Source: Alphaproteobacteria bacterium | GTDB lineage: Bacteria > Pseudomonadota > Alphaproteobacteria > UBA7887 | Assembly: GCA_965216755.1 (NCBI GenBank) | Contig: CBDCGL010000011.1 | Span: forward strand, 3,200,001-3,264,000 | Direction: 5' to 3' | Length of the DNA stretch: 64,000 bases | Shown here: positions 63,431 to 64,000 of the stretch, piece by piece | Layout of the letters: each line of letters starts with the position of its first letter | How positions within the stretch are numbered: position 1 is the stretch's first letter | Program-made: the position numbers and the translations under genes | Notes under the pieces: generated by a model | The model's database searches: none | What the model was told of the DNA's origin: nothing | Seen by the model: only the letters and a program-made list of their open reading frames with translations

Positions 63431-64000
63431 GTGGCACGTCGCATTGCGGTGGTGTTGTTCAACCTCGGCGGCCCCGACAATCTTGCCGCCGTGCGGCCCT
63501 TTTTGTTCAATCTGTTCCATGATCCGGCGATCATCGCGGTACCGCAGCCATTGCGCTGGTTGTTGGCGAAGTTCATCGCCGCGCGGCGCGCACCGGTGGC
63601 GCGGCAGATTTATCGGCAAATGGGTGGGCGCTCGCCGCTTCGGGCGGAAACCGATCGGCAGGCAGCGGCGTTGGCCGCGAGTTTGACCGACGACAACGAT
63701 GATGCCAATCAGTTCCTGGTCACTATCGCCATGCGTTATTGGCACCCTTTGAGCGACGAGGCGGCCAGAGCCGTCAAGGCATTCGCACCGGATGAAATCG
63801 TTTTGCTGCCGCTTTATCCGCAGTTTTCAGCAACCACGACCGGGTCGTCGTTGCGTGCGTGGTTAGGGGCGGCCGCCGCGGCCGGCGTCACGGCGCCAAC
63901 CCACGCGGTCGGATGCTATCCGGACCATCCCGCCTTGGCGCGTGCTCAAGCGGCTTTGATCGCGACCGCCGTCGCGCAGCTCGATGCGCCCGTGCGGCTT
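63431..64000 (+). CDS. hemH: Ferrochelatase, truncated by window end
   Basis: Translated by hand from GTG 63431: AVVLFNLGGP, VRPFLFNLF.DPAII, GGRSPL, AMRYWHP, LLPLYPQFS.TT.GSS. Confidence 0.93.
   Translation, partial: MARRIAVVLFNLGGPDNLAAVRPFLFNLFHDPAIIAVPQPLRWLLAKFIAARRAPVARQIYRQMGGRSPLRAETDRQAAALAASLTDDNDDANQFLVTIAMRYWHPLSDEAARAVKAFAPDEIVLLPLYPQFSATTTGSSLRAWLGAAAAAGVTAPTHAVGCYPDHPALARAQAALIATAVAQLDAPVRL

Overview
GC-rich alphaproteobacterial chromosome segment (Rhodospirillales-like gene order, an inference) immediately left of the probable replication origin. It is almost all core housekeeping genes: soeABC-like sulfite dehydrogenase (partial), nth, adenosine kinase, ampG, ald, a complete phoR-pstSCAB-phoU-phoB cluster, maeB, mutS-glnD-murJ, dapB, hrcA-grpE-dnaK-dnaJ, rph-rdgB-hemW, lpoA/rsmI-yraN-BON-gshB-comM, a his cluster, hslVU, Tim44-mltA-lutABC-smr, fxsA-secB, ppsR-maf-aroE-coaE-dnaQ, oriC and hemE-hemH. 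I see no phage, CRISPR, defence island or RNA gene. The least explained signals are non-coding: (i) two copies of a 175-220 bp CTAG-bounded palindromic element whose differences include a compensatory pair and strand-biased G.U/G.T wobbles; (ii) an IS5-family element inserted exactly into the CTAG shared by one copy and a stop codon; (iii) a third, RIME-like double hairpin also starting at a TAG stop; (iv) lutABC wedged into, and translationally coupled with, the mltA-smr unit. Gene calls come from motif recognition by eye, not database searches, and several start codons are uncertain.
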